A stretch of DNA of 64,000 nucleotides from Psilocybe cubensis (lineage: Eukaryota). The notes under the pieces are model-generated. The model made no database searches, was not told the origin of the DNA, and worked only from the letters and a program-made list of their open reading frames with translations. Below, in pieces: positions 22,214-35,794 of the stretch. The translations under genes were made by a program, and so were the position numbers. The DNA is taken from positions 2,790,001 to 2,854,000 of the forward strand of contig CM039006.1 of assembly GCA_017499595.2 (NCBI GenBank), written 5' to 3'. Position 1 is the first letter of the stretch. Every line of letters starts with the position of its first letter.

Positions 22214-24070
22214 ATGGTGAACGTCACATACGATGCTTGTAAGTCGCGTGCACCCAGATTCATACGAACAACGTAGTCATCCGTTTCCTTTTTTCAGCCG
22301 GGTCCCTGGTGGCCTTCGACCCCGATGGCGTTGAGATTGTCTACAATCTCGGTGACATTGGCTTCATCATTGCTTGTATGGCCCTCGTCTGGTTGATGAT
22401 TCCCGGCGTTGGTCTCTTCTACTCTGGCCTTCTCCGAAGGAAGAATGCACTGTCCATGATTTACACGTCGCTGGCTTCCATTGCTGTTGTTTCCTTCCAG
22501 GTGCTTCATTCCTGTAAAAATTTGTTTTGATCCTTCTCTAACCCGTTCACGCAGTGGTTTTTCTGGGGTTATTCGCTGGCGTTTAGTGAGACTGGAAGCT
22601 CATTCATTGGTGACCTCAGTGAGTCTACCCTGTGTTTGCTTCATTCTCTTTCGCTTGACTTAAGTGTAATTTTAATTTTCCAGAGTATTTTGGTCTCAAG
22701 GGTGTCCTGGACCAGCCTTCCATAGGTAGTTCCCGCATTCCCGCTCTTCTATTCTGCGTCTATCAATTGATGTTTGCTGCAATCACGTGTGTTGCATTCT
22801 TCCATTTTGAATGCATATGGTTTTGACCTCCCTTATCTTTTAACTTCATTTTAGCGCTGCACTTGCTGTTGGTGCCATCGCTGAGCGTGGTCGCCTAGGT
22901 CCCGTCCTCGTGTTTATTTTCATTTGGACCACTATCGTATATGATCCTCTCGCTTGCTGGACATGGAACGCGAATGGATGGTCCTTCGTGCTTGGCGGTC
23001 TTGACTTCGCTGGAGGAACACCCGTCCACATCAGCTCTGGAACGGCCGCACTCGCTATCTCAGTCTATCTTGGCAAGCGTCGTGGATATGGCACTGAACG
23101 CCTTGCTTACAAGCCTCACAACACTACATATGTCATCCTCGGAACGGTTTTCCTGTGGTTTGGCTGGTTCGGGTTCAACGGCGGTTCTGCCCTCTCTGCC
23201 AATCTACGTGCCGTCCAAGCTTGCATCGTCACTAACCTTGCTGCATCTGTCGGCGGTGTTACATGGATGCTCTGGGTCAGTGTGAACTTTTAAATGTAAT
23301 ATCGTGCAGTATTGACATTAGACATTTCCAGGATTACCGAATTGAGAGGAAATGGAGTGCTGTCGGCTTTTGCTCAGGCGCCATCTCTGGCCTCGTTGCT
23401 ATTACCCCTGCTTCCGGATTTGTGGGCGCACCCGCTGCAGTCGCATTTGGTGTACTTGGTGGTACTGTTTGCAACTTTGCTACCCAGCTAAAGTTCTTGT
23501 TGGGCTATGACGATGCTCTCGATGTGTGTTATTCTTATTTAAAGCATATTTGTATGATTTTAACTGAAGAATAATCCCCACAAAGATCTTCGCAACTCAT
23601 GCTGTCGGTGGTATTGTTGGCAATCTTTTAACTGCCCTTTTCGCCCAAGCCAGCGTCGCTGGATTTGACGGCATCACTGAAATTCCGGGAGGCTGGCTGG
23701 ACCACCATTATATCCAGCTTGCCCACCAACTTGCTGATTCCGTTGCCGGATTTGCTTACTCTTTCGGTGTAACTGTAAGTTTCTATTTAATCATAGACAA
23801 AAACAGCTGCTAAGTATTTACTGCTAGTCTATTATACTGTGGATCATGCACTTCGTTCCTGGTCTCCGACTCCGTGCATCTGAGGAGGCCGAGATTCTCG
23901 GTATCGACGATGCTGAGATGGGTGAATTTGCCTACGATTATGTAGGCCTTGAGCAGGAAATTGGCCACACTGTCGATACTGGTGTCTCTGCCTCTGGAGG
24001 GGGTCGCGAACCCAATCACGCCAAGACCTCCAATAGCAGCGACGACGGCAGGCTCGATGAGAAGGAGTAA
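22214..24070 (+). CDS. amt: Ammonium transporter (Amt/Mep family, twin-His type)
   Basis: MVNVTYDAS..., PGVGLFYSGLLRRKNALS, YQLMFAAIT, GAIAERGR, DFAGGTPVH, WFGWFGFNGGS, FATHAVGG, EILGIDDAEMGEFAYDY; multi-exon. Confidence 0.97.
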
Positions 24071-25768
24071 ATCCAACCTTTATTCAAAATCCTCACTGTC
24101 CTTCTTTAACTGTAACTCTACTCTTCGAACGCTCGGACGGAGAAAGAGGCTTCCATTCATTCCCTAGATATAATATCAGTCGCGTTGCTCAGTTTGCTGT
24201 TACGCGCTTATGATTGTTATGCCAAGGGTGCGAACCGGGTTTCTTATCCTTCCTCCATCAATCCTCTTATCGGTCGTCTTTTCTCATCTTCGTTATCGGT
24301 TGCGGCGGATGATACCTTCGACATTTATCAAATAGATTAAAGGACCCCCTAGTACTATTATCGCTTTGTATTGTAATATTTCCAATGATATTTAATCACA
24401 AACTCAGCGTAGAACTCGGATCAGGAAATTTGCACGGCGTAAGAGTTAAATCACGTGATTTTAACCCCCAAAAAAAAAAAATTATTTAGTTTCTCTTAGT
24501 TCTGATCTGACCTTTGCCTCGTTAAGCCTTCAAAAGCCCACTTTTGGTCCGCGAAATTTTACCGTTTCACATTGACTCGACTCCCCGTCGCCCGAATCAC
24601 AGGAACGGGTTATAGTATGTCAGTAGCTCAGAAAACCTGAATGCAGTATGCAAGTGTCAAAACTTATCATTATCAGTACTCCCAGTACACCGCAAAAGAC
24701 AGGGAGCGAAAATTGGATATCGTAGTTGAATGGTGAGTGGGGACGCTAGGCTCAAATTCTGGAGGGATGAAGTGCCAATGGTGCAATTTGAGGTTCGCCG
24801 CTTCTGAGTGGGTTTATAACAATTCAACTCAAGTTTGAATGAACTTTTGGCTCATACATTAACCCGAACTTTTTATTCCAGGTTTTGCCACCTCGCATGG
24901 TACTTTAAGGGACCATTCCACGCTCCATATGTCATTTCTATCCGACGTTTCTTTTCTTGTCTTCTGTCGCCACAGTCGCCGTATCCTGATTCCCATCAGC
25001 GCAGATCAGCACTTCTGTCTCATAGAATGGTCTTTGCTGCCGTTTTCGTTCAATAAGTTGCCGCTCATAGCCAACGGGGATGATCAGATCAACGCGCCAA
25101 TACTTTGTGACTGATGCATTCCCTCATATACATTTAACCAATATCTAGAGTCGTTCCTTGAACATCCACAATGGGTATTTTGAACGAAAGTGCTCACCAC
25201 CGCAAACCCGCAGCGCTCGTGGTACCAAGCGTTGTACTGTAACTATGGCCGTGTGTAGTTAGGAAGCCCGTTCGTTGAATTGCCGGTCCCTCTCCTACTA
25301 TCTCCCGGATACGGTCCAAGCAAATAGGATTGGTTTTTGGAAAGGCGAGTTTCTGCTCACACATCTATTATTCATTCAACACGTCTATCAGAATCGACGC
25401 CGTTGCATAAAAGCTAAAAATTGCCTGGATTACCACAGTGCCCGCTGCGCTTGCCGCGTATGTAAAACTTTCGGCTACTCGGTCCCTCAAATGGCATTCT
25501 CGCTGTTATTAAACTTTGCCAGTGCCGCGAGAATCTGACAGGATCTGGCTGGAGGAAATAACGCGGGGAAATGTGTGACCTCGGTTTTAATGTGGTAAAG
25601 AGTCTAGGGTTTGGGTTCACATCCTCGCCCACCAAGACCGTTTTTTAAAGGGACACGACGCCGTCGGAGCGAGCCCTTCTTTGATGGTCGCTTTCCAACA
25701 ACTGTTTGCCCTCATATCTGAATAACTGGTCCCCTGCTCTCTCCACCCTCCTTCATTCGCCCTCGAAA

Positions 25769-27604
25769 ATGTCAAACATCTTATCTCAAATCATCACTGG
25801 ATTGCGTCACATACAAACGACGCGGTATTCTCAACGTATGATACCCTTAAACTCGAACTTGGCCGTGTTATAACTGTTGCTTTGGGCGCGTACAGTATCT
25901 TCTAGTGCCATAATAGTTTTCGATCATCGTAGGCGATGCCATCTGATTCGTGAGGGACGTATTTGCTGACGCAAGGGTGTATGAGCAGTGATTACATTGG
26001 ATGAAGAGGTGAGTCCTTTTAGCATATCCTGCTCTTCGTCTTGGATCTCCCTCTTACCACTGTGCACTATATCGCTTACAGATAAATTTGATTTGGGTAA
26101 ATTTTTCTTTTACTTCAAGCTATTTTGAGATCTGACAATATGTGGGTGGATGCAGAACAGCACATGGTCCTTAGGGAAAATACTATTTTTAATGGTAAGC
26201 GCTATGGATTGATTTTCCGCGTTCACCGCTCAACATGTTTCTATATCCATAGAATCGTTATTATTCTCTGGCGGCCGTGATGTAAGTATTATTCTAGAGT
26301 ATTTTTTATCTTGGAAGCTAACTTTCGGGCCCATCCAGATTCAACAATTATTGTGATTACCTTTTTCGTTCCTGCCGCTGACAGCAACTGAAAACATTTC
26401 AGCGTTCTTTTCCCCACATCTTACTAGTTCCGTGAGTATGGCTGCTCAGATCGATGGTCATCTCATCTGATTGGTTGAATTTTTAGTTGTAAGTGTTGGA
26501 AAATCAGTCAAGTTTCAACTCGATTACGAATACGAATTTAATTCTCTATCTAGTTGTGAGTTCATCTTCCGTGTACCCCGTTCAAAGCAATCCTAATCAA
26601 CTTTGGGAAGGTCTCACATTTTTCCAGTGGCAAGGATGGACAGGGTTGATTGGATGCATGCTTGCTGAAGGTTCTGATCATATTTTCTCTCCTGTGTTCT
26701 GCTCACTAACGCTGTTCGCAGGGATATTGCAAATTCGACTATACGCTCTTTATTCGCTGAATAAAAAAATACTTGCATTGATGCTCGTCGTTTTCATCGC
26801 TTCCACGGCAACATCTGCATGGATCATGGGAACCGCTCTCTCCTCCGTTACAGGTTCGTGCGTCCGGTGATCATATTTTGATAATCCCCGGCTCAAGGTG
26901 TTACTACCCAACTTCAGCCACCGCAGTTCAGATTCCAGGAGGAGCGTTCTGCGTTCCTGCCAATGTGACTCCTCATTTTTATGCATTCTGGATCCCGATG
27001 CTAGCGTTTGAAACCCTACTTTGCGTTCTGGCAATGATCAGAGGAATCCAAACATTCAAAAGCAACGGTTCTTTATTCCATAGCGGAAGACAGCTTGTGG
27101 GCATTCTCATCAGAGATTCATTGATGTACTTTATTATGTGCGGTTTTGTTTGATTTTTCTACGGTGCGCGTGCTAATCATTTTGTCTGGTTTCAAGTATT
27201 TGCGCTACATACTTGACGTGCTTACTTGTATGGCTCTTAGCACCGGTGCGAAGCTTTATTTTTCAGACCATACGCCAACGCCGACTCTAATTCGTCTGTA
27301 GACATCTCTGTTGGAGGTCCCTGTGGGCTTCTCCCTCGCCATGTCGTGTGTTTTGGCTAATCGGGTGGTCCTGAATGTCCGTGTCGTGAGCCGCGAAATC
27401 GATGCGTCCAGGGTGACTGCATCCCAAAAGCCTCTGACTGCCAACTCTCATGCCTTGCATGATGCCAGTTTCTGCAGTCCCGGCACCTTGACAGAATACG
27501 AGATGGCACGACTGCGTACCATGCGGGCCGAGAGTAAATTTAACGTCAAGGTTCCATCGGAGCGCTCCGATGACTTCGACTCTCCCCCATTTACCGTCCT
27601 GTGA
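25769..27604 (+). CDS. DUF6533-type multi-pass membrane protein (basidiomycete expanded family)
   Basis: Spliced N-terminus ...IIVFDHLITLDEEINLIWNSTWSLGKILFLMNRYY, then ILQIRLYALY, AFETLLCVLAMIRGI, ILIRDSLMYF, NRVVLNVR. Many very short exons. Confidence 0.85.
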
Positions 27605-28034
27605 CAATGTATCCGCCCCACTTCCAACCCATTTGTATATTATCAACTTAAAATTACCCCTGTATGTATCATATCGAAAACACCAATGCAGACCTACCAC
27701 CGCTAGTAACTAGACATAAAATTCAATGTATAGACATCATCAAAGTCTGTTTGAAGAAATAATCACCACTAAACTGCAGTCAGTCATTCTTTCAATTTCT
27801 TTATGTTATCTCTAGCTGTCTCTGACATCACATTCTTGTTACGATCCACCTGCCTCAATGCCTATTCGACCGGCCGGTTGTAGTCAGCTGTAGTCACACT
27901 AAGCAAGGTTATGTAATTGAAAGTCGCGGTGGTCGCACGTCACAAATTTGCAAGTGATACTCTCATGGCAAATGATTTTGTGTTATCTCTTTCTTCCTTT
28001 CATTTATACCCAGCTCGCCACCTAAAATCCAGAG

Positions 28035-30168
28035 ATGCCAGATGAAAGGACGCCTCTTCTCCAAGATGATGTATCACCTATACCCGAACTAAATCCCGAG
28101 GAAGCACAGCAAAACCACCCGACCAATAGGTCACTTTTTGCGTTGGTGAGAACAATCTGTACGGCGAGGATCGGGAAAAGATTGAATGTTATAACGTCAA
28201 TTAGGTTATACCGATGGCAGTGGGCATCTTTTTGGGCGCGATGGATCAGACAATTGTCGTTTCATGTATGTACGTCAGTTTTTGACTCGAATGCATGTGT
28301 TGTCTCATTCAGAATTTCTAGCATACGCTTCTATTGGAAGCGAGTTAAACCAACTGCAAAATACTAGCTGGATTGCCACATCCTACTTGTTGACGACAAC
28401 CAGCATCCAGTACGTATCCACTCCCCTAGACTGTCCCCGTTGTTGATCAACATTGATACAGGCCTCTGTATGGAAAATTGAGCGATATCTTTGGCCGAAA
28501 ATCATGTTTACTCTTTGCTTACGCCGTGTTTGCCATCGGATGCCTACTTTGTGGAGTCTCGAGAAATATGACAGAGTTGATCGTAAGCAGGGCTATTGCT
28601 GGCATAGGTGGAGGAGGTATGCAAACGTAAGTTTACATTGATTAATTGGTTCTCGTAATCATGACGAATGCTCTGTAGGGTTGTGAGCATCATCATGTCC
28701 GACGTTGTACCACTTAGGAGTAGAGGCACATGGCAAGGTATAAAATTCGTAATTTTTTATGATATGGTGCTGAAGTTCTTGTTAGGCGTGCTTAACATTG
28801 TTTTTGCCAGCGGTAATAGCGCCGGTGCATCTCTCGGAGGTTACTTTGCAGATACAATCGGGTGGCGATGGTGGGTAATCTTTGTCTTACCCAGCAGCGT
28901 GTCTCACACTTTCCCATAGGTCCTTCCTGCTTCAAGTACCTATTACAATAATCGCCATAATCTCTGTATCATACTCTCTTCGTCTTCCGAAAAGAGAAAC
29001 AGGAGATTTCCATGCAAAGTTAAAGCGCGTCGACTTCGGAGGCGCTTTCTCTTTAGTCTTTACCGTGTTCTTTTTATTGTTTGCTCTCGATCGTGGTGGG
29101 AATATTTCCTGGGCTGATCGATACACCATCTACTCCTTAGTAGGTTTTGGCGTGTCGTTTTCCATCTTTGCTTTTGTGGAGATGGAATGGGCCAGGGAAC
29201 CCTTTGCACCAAGACGTATCATTGTCAATCGCTCATTGATCGCCAGTTACCTCCTGAACTTCTTCTGCATTGCTTCGGCGTTTTCTCAGCTATTTCACGT
29301 CCCTCTGTATTTACAGGCGGTTCTAAAGAAATCTGCATCAGAAGTGGGCCTCTGGTTGATTGGAGCAGTCGTTGGAGGGGTTACAGGATCATTGTCAGGG
29401 GGCCTTATCATGCAATCTACTGGGAAATTCTATACCATAACCGTTCTCAGTTCCTTGATGCTATGGATTGGCACAATTGTGGTTTGCCTAACGAGCGGTC
29501 TCATTATATCATCGATGGTTGGTATCATCATTGGTAAGTACACCTACGAATGGCTCTTTCATGCTCATATAATACTAACTATATATGATGAATTAGGACT
29601 TGTGATCACTAGCTTGGGGAACGGTATGTAATAAAGAAAATCTGTTTCCGTGATATTTAGTTCTTACTCCACATTCAGGAAGCGGAATCACTACGAGTCT
29701 TGTATCTTTGATTGCCAATGCGGGGCAAGAAGATCAGGCAATTGCCACCGCCGGTTGGTCTTCTTTTATTCTCCATCATCCTGCAATTGTAACAATTTTC
29801 GACAGTGTCTTACCTTTTCCGTTCTCTCGGTTCAGTAGTTGGGTTATCTGTAGGAAGTACCATAGCTCAGGGATCCTTGCGCTCCGCGCTTAGAAGCAGG
29901 CTTTCTGGCGCCGATATTGATGTGGACGAGGTATGGCTTGTCTACATCGTCACTCCGAAACGATGTGTTGATACCCTGTCCGAAATAGATCATCAGAAAT
30001 GTTCGCGAATCTTTGAAATTTATCGATACGCTAAGACCGGACATTCAAAAAGAGGTTAGAGGGTCGTACGGTGAAGCTGTTAGGGCTACCCTCTACTTCT
30101 CTGTGGCTTTAGCTGCTTGCGGTCTCCTTTCGTCTTTTTTCATCAAAGAGAAATCGCTCACCAAATGA
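28035..30168 (+). CDS. MFS transporter, DHA2/Vba-like (probably vacuolar)
   Basis: ERTPLL dileucine-type N-terminal signal, AMDQTIV, SWIATSYLL, PLYGKLSDIFGRK, SDVVPLRSRGTWQG, KLKRVDFGG, SYLFRSLGSV; ends IKEKSLTK*. Confidence 0.92.
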
Positions 30169-31112
30169 CGTGGTCTTATAGTTGAAAAATGGAATGTCCA
30201 TGTAGCCTGTGCACTAATATTTCGTTCAATCACAGACACTGGATGTTTCTCCTATCAAGTTGCACAAAACTCAGAATAATAGCTGAAGCATCCTTCGAGG
30301 TTGCCGTTCGTTTCCGACAATTAATGGAAGATCGTTCAATTAATTTTAACACTAGATAATCAGCAAGTAGAATTTCGCCGAGGTCCGTTCTTCTCACCCA
30401 AACGTGGAGACCAAGCTAACCCCCCTAGGGTTTCTTTCACTTGTTTCTTGATTAAATCTCGCTTCAGGACACGCCCAGGCCTCCACGTCGTGGATACCTG
30501 AGTATACCACCATCATATGTATGTGCGCCAATTCAACAGGTGGATCTACTCAGCTGTGTCTGTATTGGACATTTGATCAGAGAAGTCGTCGTTTGCTTGA
30601 GTTTGCGTTTAATCTCAGTCGTTCGTCCATTCCATCCAAAATCAGATGTCGGTGTTTCCTTGTTTAATGGTCATTTTTTTCACAAGCTATCAATTTGAAA
30701 TCGTTCATATGTAGGCTAGTCCGAAGATTGAAGTCAGAACCACCGCATGGAATTGACTAGTACTCATCTTGGACCAGCTCTCTTTCACATTAGCCGAAGT
30801 TTTAGCCCTAGTCTGCCTAACTGTAGCTTAAGCCTATGGATTGGGTTCTCATCTAGTCTTCTGTTATTCTCTCAAGCTGACTAGTACATTGTCGGAAGTT
30901 TCTTCTTGGTGTTGCCTGCGTTCTCATACATCCACCACAGGAGGCGTGCAACTTTCTGTTCCATTATGGTGATGTAAAACACTATTTGGGACGAAAACTG
31001 TTAACTCTAACATCCCCATCTTAATTCCAGGCAAACACTAATCGCTGCTATCACACGCCACCTCTGGCTTATCTGACACTATGAATTACATGGACCCATC
31101 CTGCTCGCACCT

Positions 31113-31120
31113 TATAAAAG
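31113..31120 (+). promoter_or_regulatory. TATA box of hsbA copy 1 (conserved at 34969-34976 for copy 2)
   Basis: TATAAAAG about 85 bp upstream of the ATG in both duplicated promoters. Confidence 0.65.
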
Positions 31121-31199
31121 GACTAAAAAATAGTGGTGGCCCTTCAACTTGAATTCACTTGTGCAGGCAATCTCCACAGGCAAACCCATAAATTCAAAT

Positions 31200-31933
31200 A
31201 TGAAGTTCCAATCCAGTTTCTTTATCCTGACTTCGCTTCTCTCTGTTGGTTTCGCGACGACAACGGCCGATGTAAAGGCGGATATTGCGACCATCACTTC
31301 GCAAGCAAAAGCCCTGCAAGCCGCCATTATGGCTTTCCCCAATAATGGAGGGTCGCTCATCACAGCTTTGGTAAGGTGTTATAGATCGATTACATAACTT
31401 GTAGCCTGCAAACTGTGTGTCTAATCTGCGCTTTAATATCTATAGGCCATGCACACCGACGCAGTAAACCTCGGTTCCGCCATTGACAAGGCTACCAGTG
31501 ACGTGAACGTGAGTCAAATACTACACTTGTCTGCTTTATCTAATGTGGCATTTTATCAGGCTGTCACCCCCAAACCATTCGCTGAAGCTGATGGAAGTGC
31601 AATCTTGGCAGCCGTACAGAAACTCGAGCCAATCATCACCAACACTGTCAATCAGATTGTGAGCAAGAAAGCTGCATTCCAAGCTCTCCCTCTTCCCAAT
31701 GGCAGCATCCCAGCTCTCGTCAAACAAGACCTTGTCGACTTGAATTCCAAGGCATCCAGATTCGAAGCTGCTCTCACCAAATCGGCTTCGGTAAGTATCA
31801 TTGCATGCCACAAATTTTATGACCATGGCCATTTGTCTGACTATCACAATAGCCCAACCATGTCGCAGCTGCGACTGCTATCAAGGCTTCACTAGATGCC
31901 GCTGTGGCACGCGCCATTGCAGCTTACTCCTAA
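31200..31933 (+). CDS. hsbA: Hydrophobic surface-binding protein A (HsbA) family secreted protein, copy 1
   Basis: Signal peptide MKFQSSFFILTSLLSVGFA; AFPNNGGSLITAL|AMHTDA, LEPII, KKAAF, LVKQDL, AIAAYS*. Ala-rich, helical, Cys-free; 4 exons. Confidence 0.88.
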
Positions 31934-32514
31934 ATCGCGAACGATCACTGCTATTAGTGGGTTGTAAGAATAACACCATTTGGATGTTATTATTGCTTAT
32001 AATAACTCACTCTATGTACTGATACTGGTATTCTTGATTATCTGAAGCGTGGCTAATAAAATTACGCATCTGTATCTCTCGATCTTGAATATACAGTTAA
32101 TTTACAGGCATACTGTCAACCACTTATCAACCGAGCTAAATTGAACCTCCGTCTTCAATAGGTCTATCGAAAGCTGGTGGTATGAGGTACATGCACTTCA
32201 TAGCACTTTACCCCGGGCCAGATACTGTCCAACACGAATGCTGAATATTGAATGATTGTCGGTCTCCGAACCCAGTAGTACTGCTTCAAAAGAAAAGTCC
32301 ACCCATTGTCGCACCTATATTAATCCACTCAGTCTTGCCTCAAATCAAGACTTAGCCTCGGCCACGTCGTATTTTTTTGTGTTTTGTTGGTGATTGTTGA
32401 TTTGAATGGGCTGAACAGTCCACTGGGGCCTTGCGCGTGCGCACACAAACTTGACTGACTAAGCAAGCTTATATAATCGAAAATTGCCAGAATCCCCTCT
32501 TTGTCTTCCTACAG

Positions 32515-33582
32515 CAGATTTCCATGCAATTTTAAAGGCGTCGGCTTCGGAGCCGCCCTCTCTTTGGTCTTTACTGTGTCCATGTGGCTTTCCATGTTTG
32601 CCTTTGTGGAGAAGGAATGGTCTAGGGATCCCTTAGCGCCGATATGAATCGTTGTCAATTGCTCATTAATCGACAGTTACCTCCTGAACTTCTTTTGCAT
32701 TGTTTCGGTATTTTCTCATCTATTCCACGTTCCTATGTATCTACAGGCGGTTCTAAAGAAATCTGCATCAGAAGTGGGCCTATAGTTGATTGGAGCAGTC
32801 GTCGGAGGGGTTACAGGATCATTGTTAGGGGGCCTTATCATGCCATCTACTGGGAAATTCTATACCGTAACCGTTCTCAGCTCCTTGATGCTATGGATTG
32901 GCTTGTGGTTTGCCTAACGAGCGGTCTCATTGTATGATCGATGGTTGGCAATATCATTGGTAAGTACAACAACGAATTGCTCTTTCTTATTGAGATAATG
33001 CCAACTACGTGTGATGACTAGGACTCGTGATCTATGATTGTGGTCACCAGCTTAGGGAGCGGTATATGGTGAAAACATCTGTTTCCGTGTTATACAGTTC
33101 TTACTACACATGCAGGAAGTGGAATCACTACGGGTCTGGTATCTTTGATCGCCAATGCGGGTCAAGAAGTTGCAACCGCCGGTTGGTCTTCTTTTAATCT
33201 CCCACCATACTACGATTGTACTCATACAGTTTCTGGCACCGTCTTACCTTTTCCGTTCTCTCGGTTCAGTAATTGGGTTATCTGTAGGTAGTATCATAGC
33301 TCAGGGATCTTTGCGCTCCGCGCTTAGAAGCAGACTTTCGGGCGCCGATTTTGATGTGGATGAGGTGTGGATTGTCTACGTCCCCACTGGGAAAAGTTGT
33401 TATTGATTTCCAATCAGAAATAGGTCATCAGGAATGTTCACGAATCTTCGAAATCAAGACATCGCATATTCAAACAGAGGTTATAGGGTCATGGTGACGC
33501 TCTTAGGACCACACACTCTTTCTCTGTAGCACTGGCTTCTTTCGGGCTACTTTCGTCTCTTTTCATCGCACTCACCAAATGA
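32515..33582 (+). pseudogene. Truncated, degenerate copy of the MFS transporter 3' half
   Basis: Matches ~29004-30168 but lacks the 5' half. Has an internal deletion near 32580, TGG>TAG at 32783-32785, TCA>TGA at 32935-32937 and small indels. Confidence 0.92.
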
Positions 33583-35053
33583 CGTGATTTCCAATAGAAA
33601 ATGCAAATGACCGTGTAAATTATTTGCTAATGGTTTATTCAATCTTAGACGGTGGACATGCCCCTATCATGTTGCAAAAATTTCAGGAAAATAGCGGAAG
33701 CGTCCTTCGAAGTTGCTGCTTTCTGACAATCACAGGGACATCGTAGAACTAATTTTATCATCCGGTAGTCAGAATGTTGCCGAGGTCCGTTCTTCTCACC
33801 CAGTTGTGGAAAGTAATGTAGTCCCACTAAACTTTCCTTTCACCAGGTCGTTTGTCGAACCACTTTCTGCAGGATTCGCCCAAGCTCTGCAGTTTCTCCG
33901 TGTATTGCATTGTGGATTTTCATTGGCGTCATGCAAGTGAGTCGACTAAACAGTTTTTTGACGAATCTATTTCATAGTACTGTAGTTGACATTTGATCAC
34001 AGAATTCGCCATTTTCATGAGGTCATGTTTAATCTCAAACATCCGTCCATTCTCTCCAAAATCAGATGTCGCTGCTTCTTTGTTCAATAGTGATTTTTCT
34101 CAAGCTGTCCGAGTTCGAAGATTGAAGTCGGAACCGCGACATGAGCTTCACTGGTACGCTCGTCTTGTGCGCACTAACATTGCATCCGTGTATAGACTCC
34201 CTTCCGCAGCAGGCTGAGCTGCAAATACATTTTGTATTGAATGTCTCCTAAACCATGCAGCTGAGCGCTTACTACATTCGAAGCTATTCATTCATCTTGT
34301 GTTGTCTTCAAGACGCCTTTGGCGTTTGGCCAGTATCGAACACCTGGTCAAGGCCGTGTGGACCCCGTTCAATGAACACCCTAGAGTCAAGCGTAACGTG
34401 AGTTGGGAAAGACACCGAGCATGAAAGAGTATATTTGGATCCGTATCCTTGAGTGATAACATGCGGTAGGTTGTCTGAAAGCTGGCTTCGATCTTTTTAA
34501 ACTGCGTCAGGTGATAGTGCACGACTTTACATTTCAGAACGCACGCTGCACATCCTCTTTCTGGTGAGAGCTCCATCGTCATTACCATCAATTCAATATA
34601 TTTGACATCTTTTATCCAATAATGCGACTTATGGGACCCTACATCAATGTGATTATGGGCTTAGAAAACAAGATGCTTCAACATTTTGCCTATGGATCTA
34701 CCTTTGCATTTTTAATCTTTTGTTATTTTCCTGGGTTGACTAGTACATTGTCAGATGTTTTTTTTGGTGTTGCTATGGGCTCTCGTACGCCCACCACGAA
34801 GGCGGCGAGCAAACTTCTGTTCCATTACGGTGATGTAAGACACATTCTGGGATGACAAGTGTTAACTCCAACATCTTTAATCCCAGGCAAACACTATTTA
34901 TAACTATCACACGCCTTCTCTGGCTCATCTGACTTAACGAACTACATGGTGTCCGCCCGCTCGCCCATTATAAAAGGACCAAAGAATAATGGTAGCCTTT
35001 CAACTTGAAATCCCTTGAACAGATTCTCCATAAGCAGCCTCATAACGTCAAAT

Positions 35054-35794
35054 ATGAAATTCCAATCCAGTTTCTTTGTCCTTGCTTCGCTCCTCTCTGT
35101 TGGCTTAGCGACAACAACGGCCGATGTAGAGGCTGACATTGCGAGCATCACTTCGCAAACAAAAGCCTTGGATGCGGCCATTATTGCTTTCCCAAATACT
35201 GGAGGGTCACTCGTAAATGCTTTGGTTAGTTACAAATTGATCCCACAACCTGCAGCCCGCGCGTCTAATTTGTTGCTCACTATAGGCCATTCACACTGAC
35301 GCGGTAAACCTCGGTTCAGCTATTGATAAGGGCACCACGGATGTGAATGTAAGTTAAACACTACGATTGTACTGGTTTTCCTACTATGTATCTTGAACGC
35401 TGCTTCTGACAACAATATTTCGTCAGGCTGTTACCCCAAAACCAGTCTCTGAAGCTGACGGAAACACAATCCTGGCAGCCGTACAGGCACTCGAGCCAAT
35501 TATTATCGACACCGTCACACAAATTGTGAACAAGAAACCCGCATTCCAAGCCCTTCCCATTGGTGGTATCCCTGCTCTCGTCAAACAAGATCTTATCAAC
35601 TTGAACGCGAGTACATCCAAGTTCGAAGCTGCCCTCATCGGATCCGCTCCGGTAAATATTATTGCATGCTTCATGTTTTATGACCATTCGGCTGACCTGT
35701 GTATCACACATAGTCTGACCTTATCCCAGCCGCCACTGCTATCAAGACTGCAGTAGATGCTGCTTTGGCCAGCGGCATTGCTGCTTACTCATAA
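35054..35794 (+). CDS. hsbA: HsbA family secreted protein, copy 2
   Basis: MKFQSSFFVLASLLSVGLATTTADVEADI...AFPNTGGSLVNAL|AIHTDA...KKPAFQALPIGGIPALVKQDL...GIAAYS*. Same 4-exon layout as copy 1. Confidence 0.88.
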
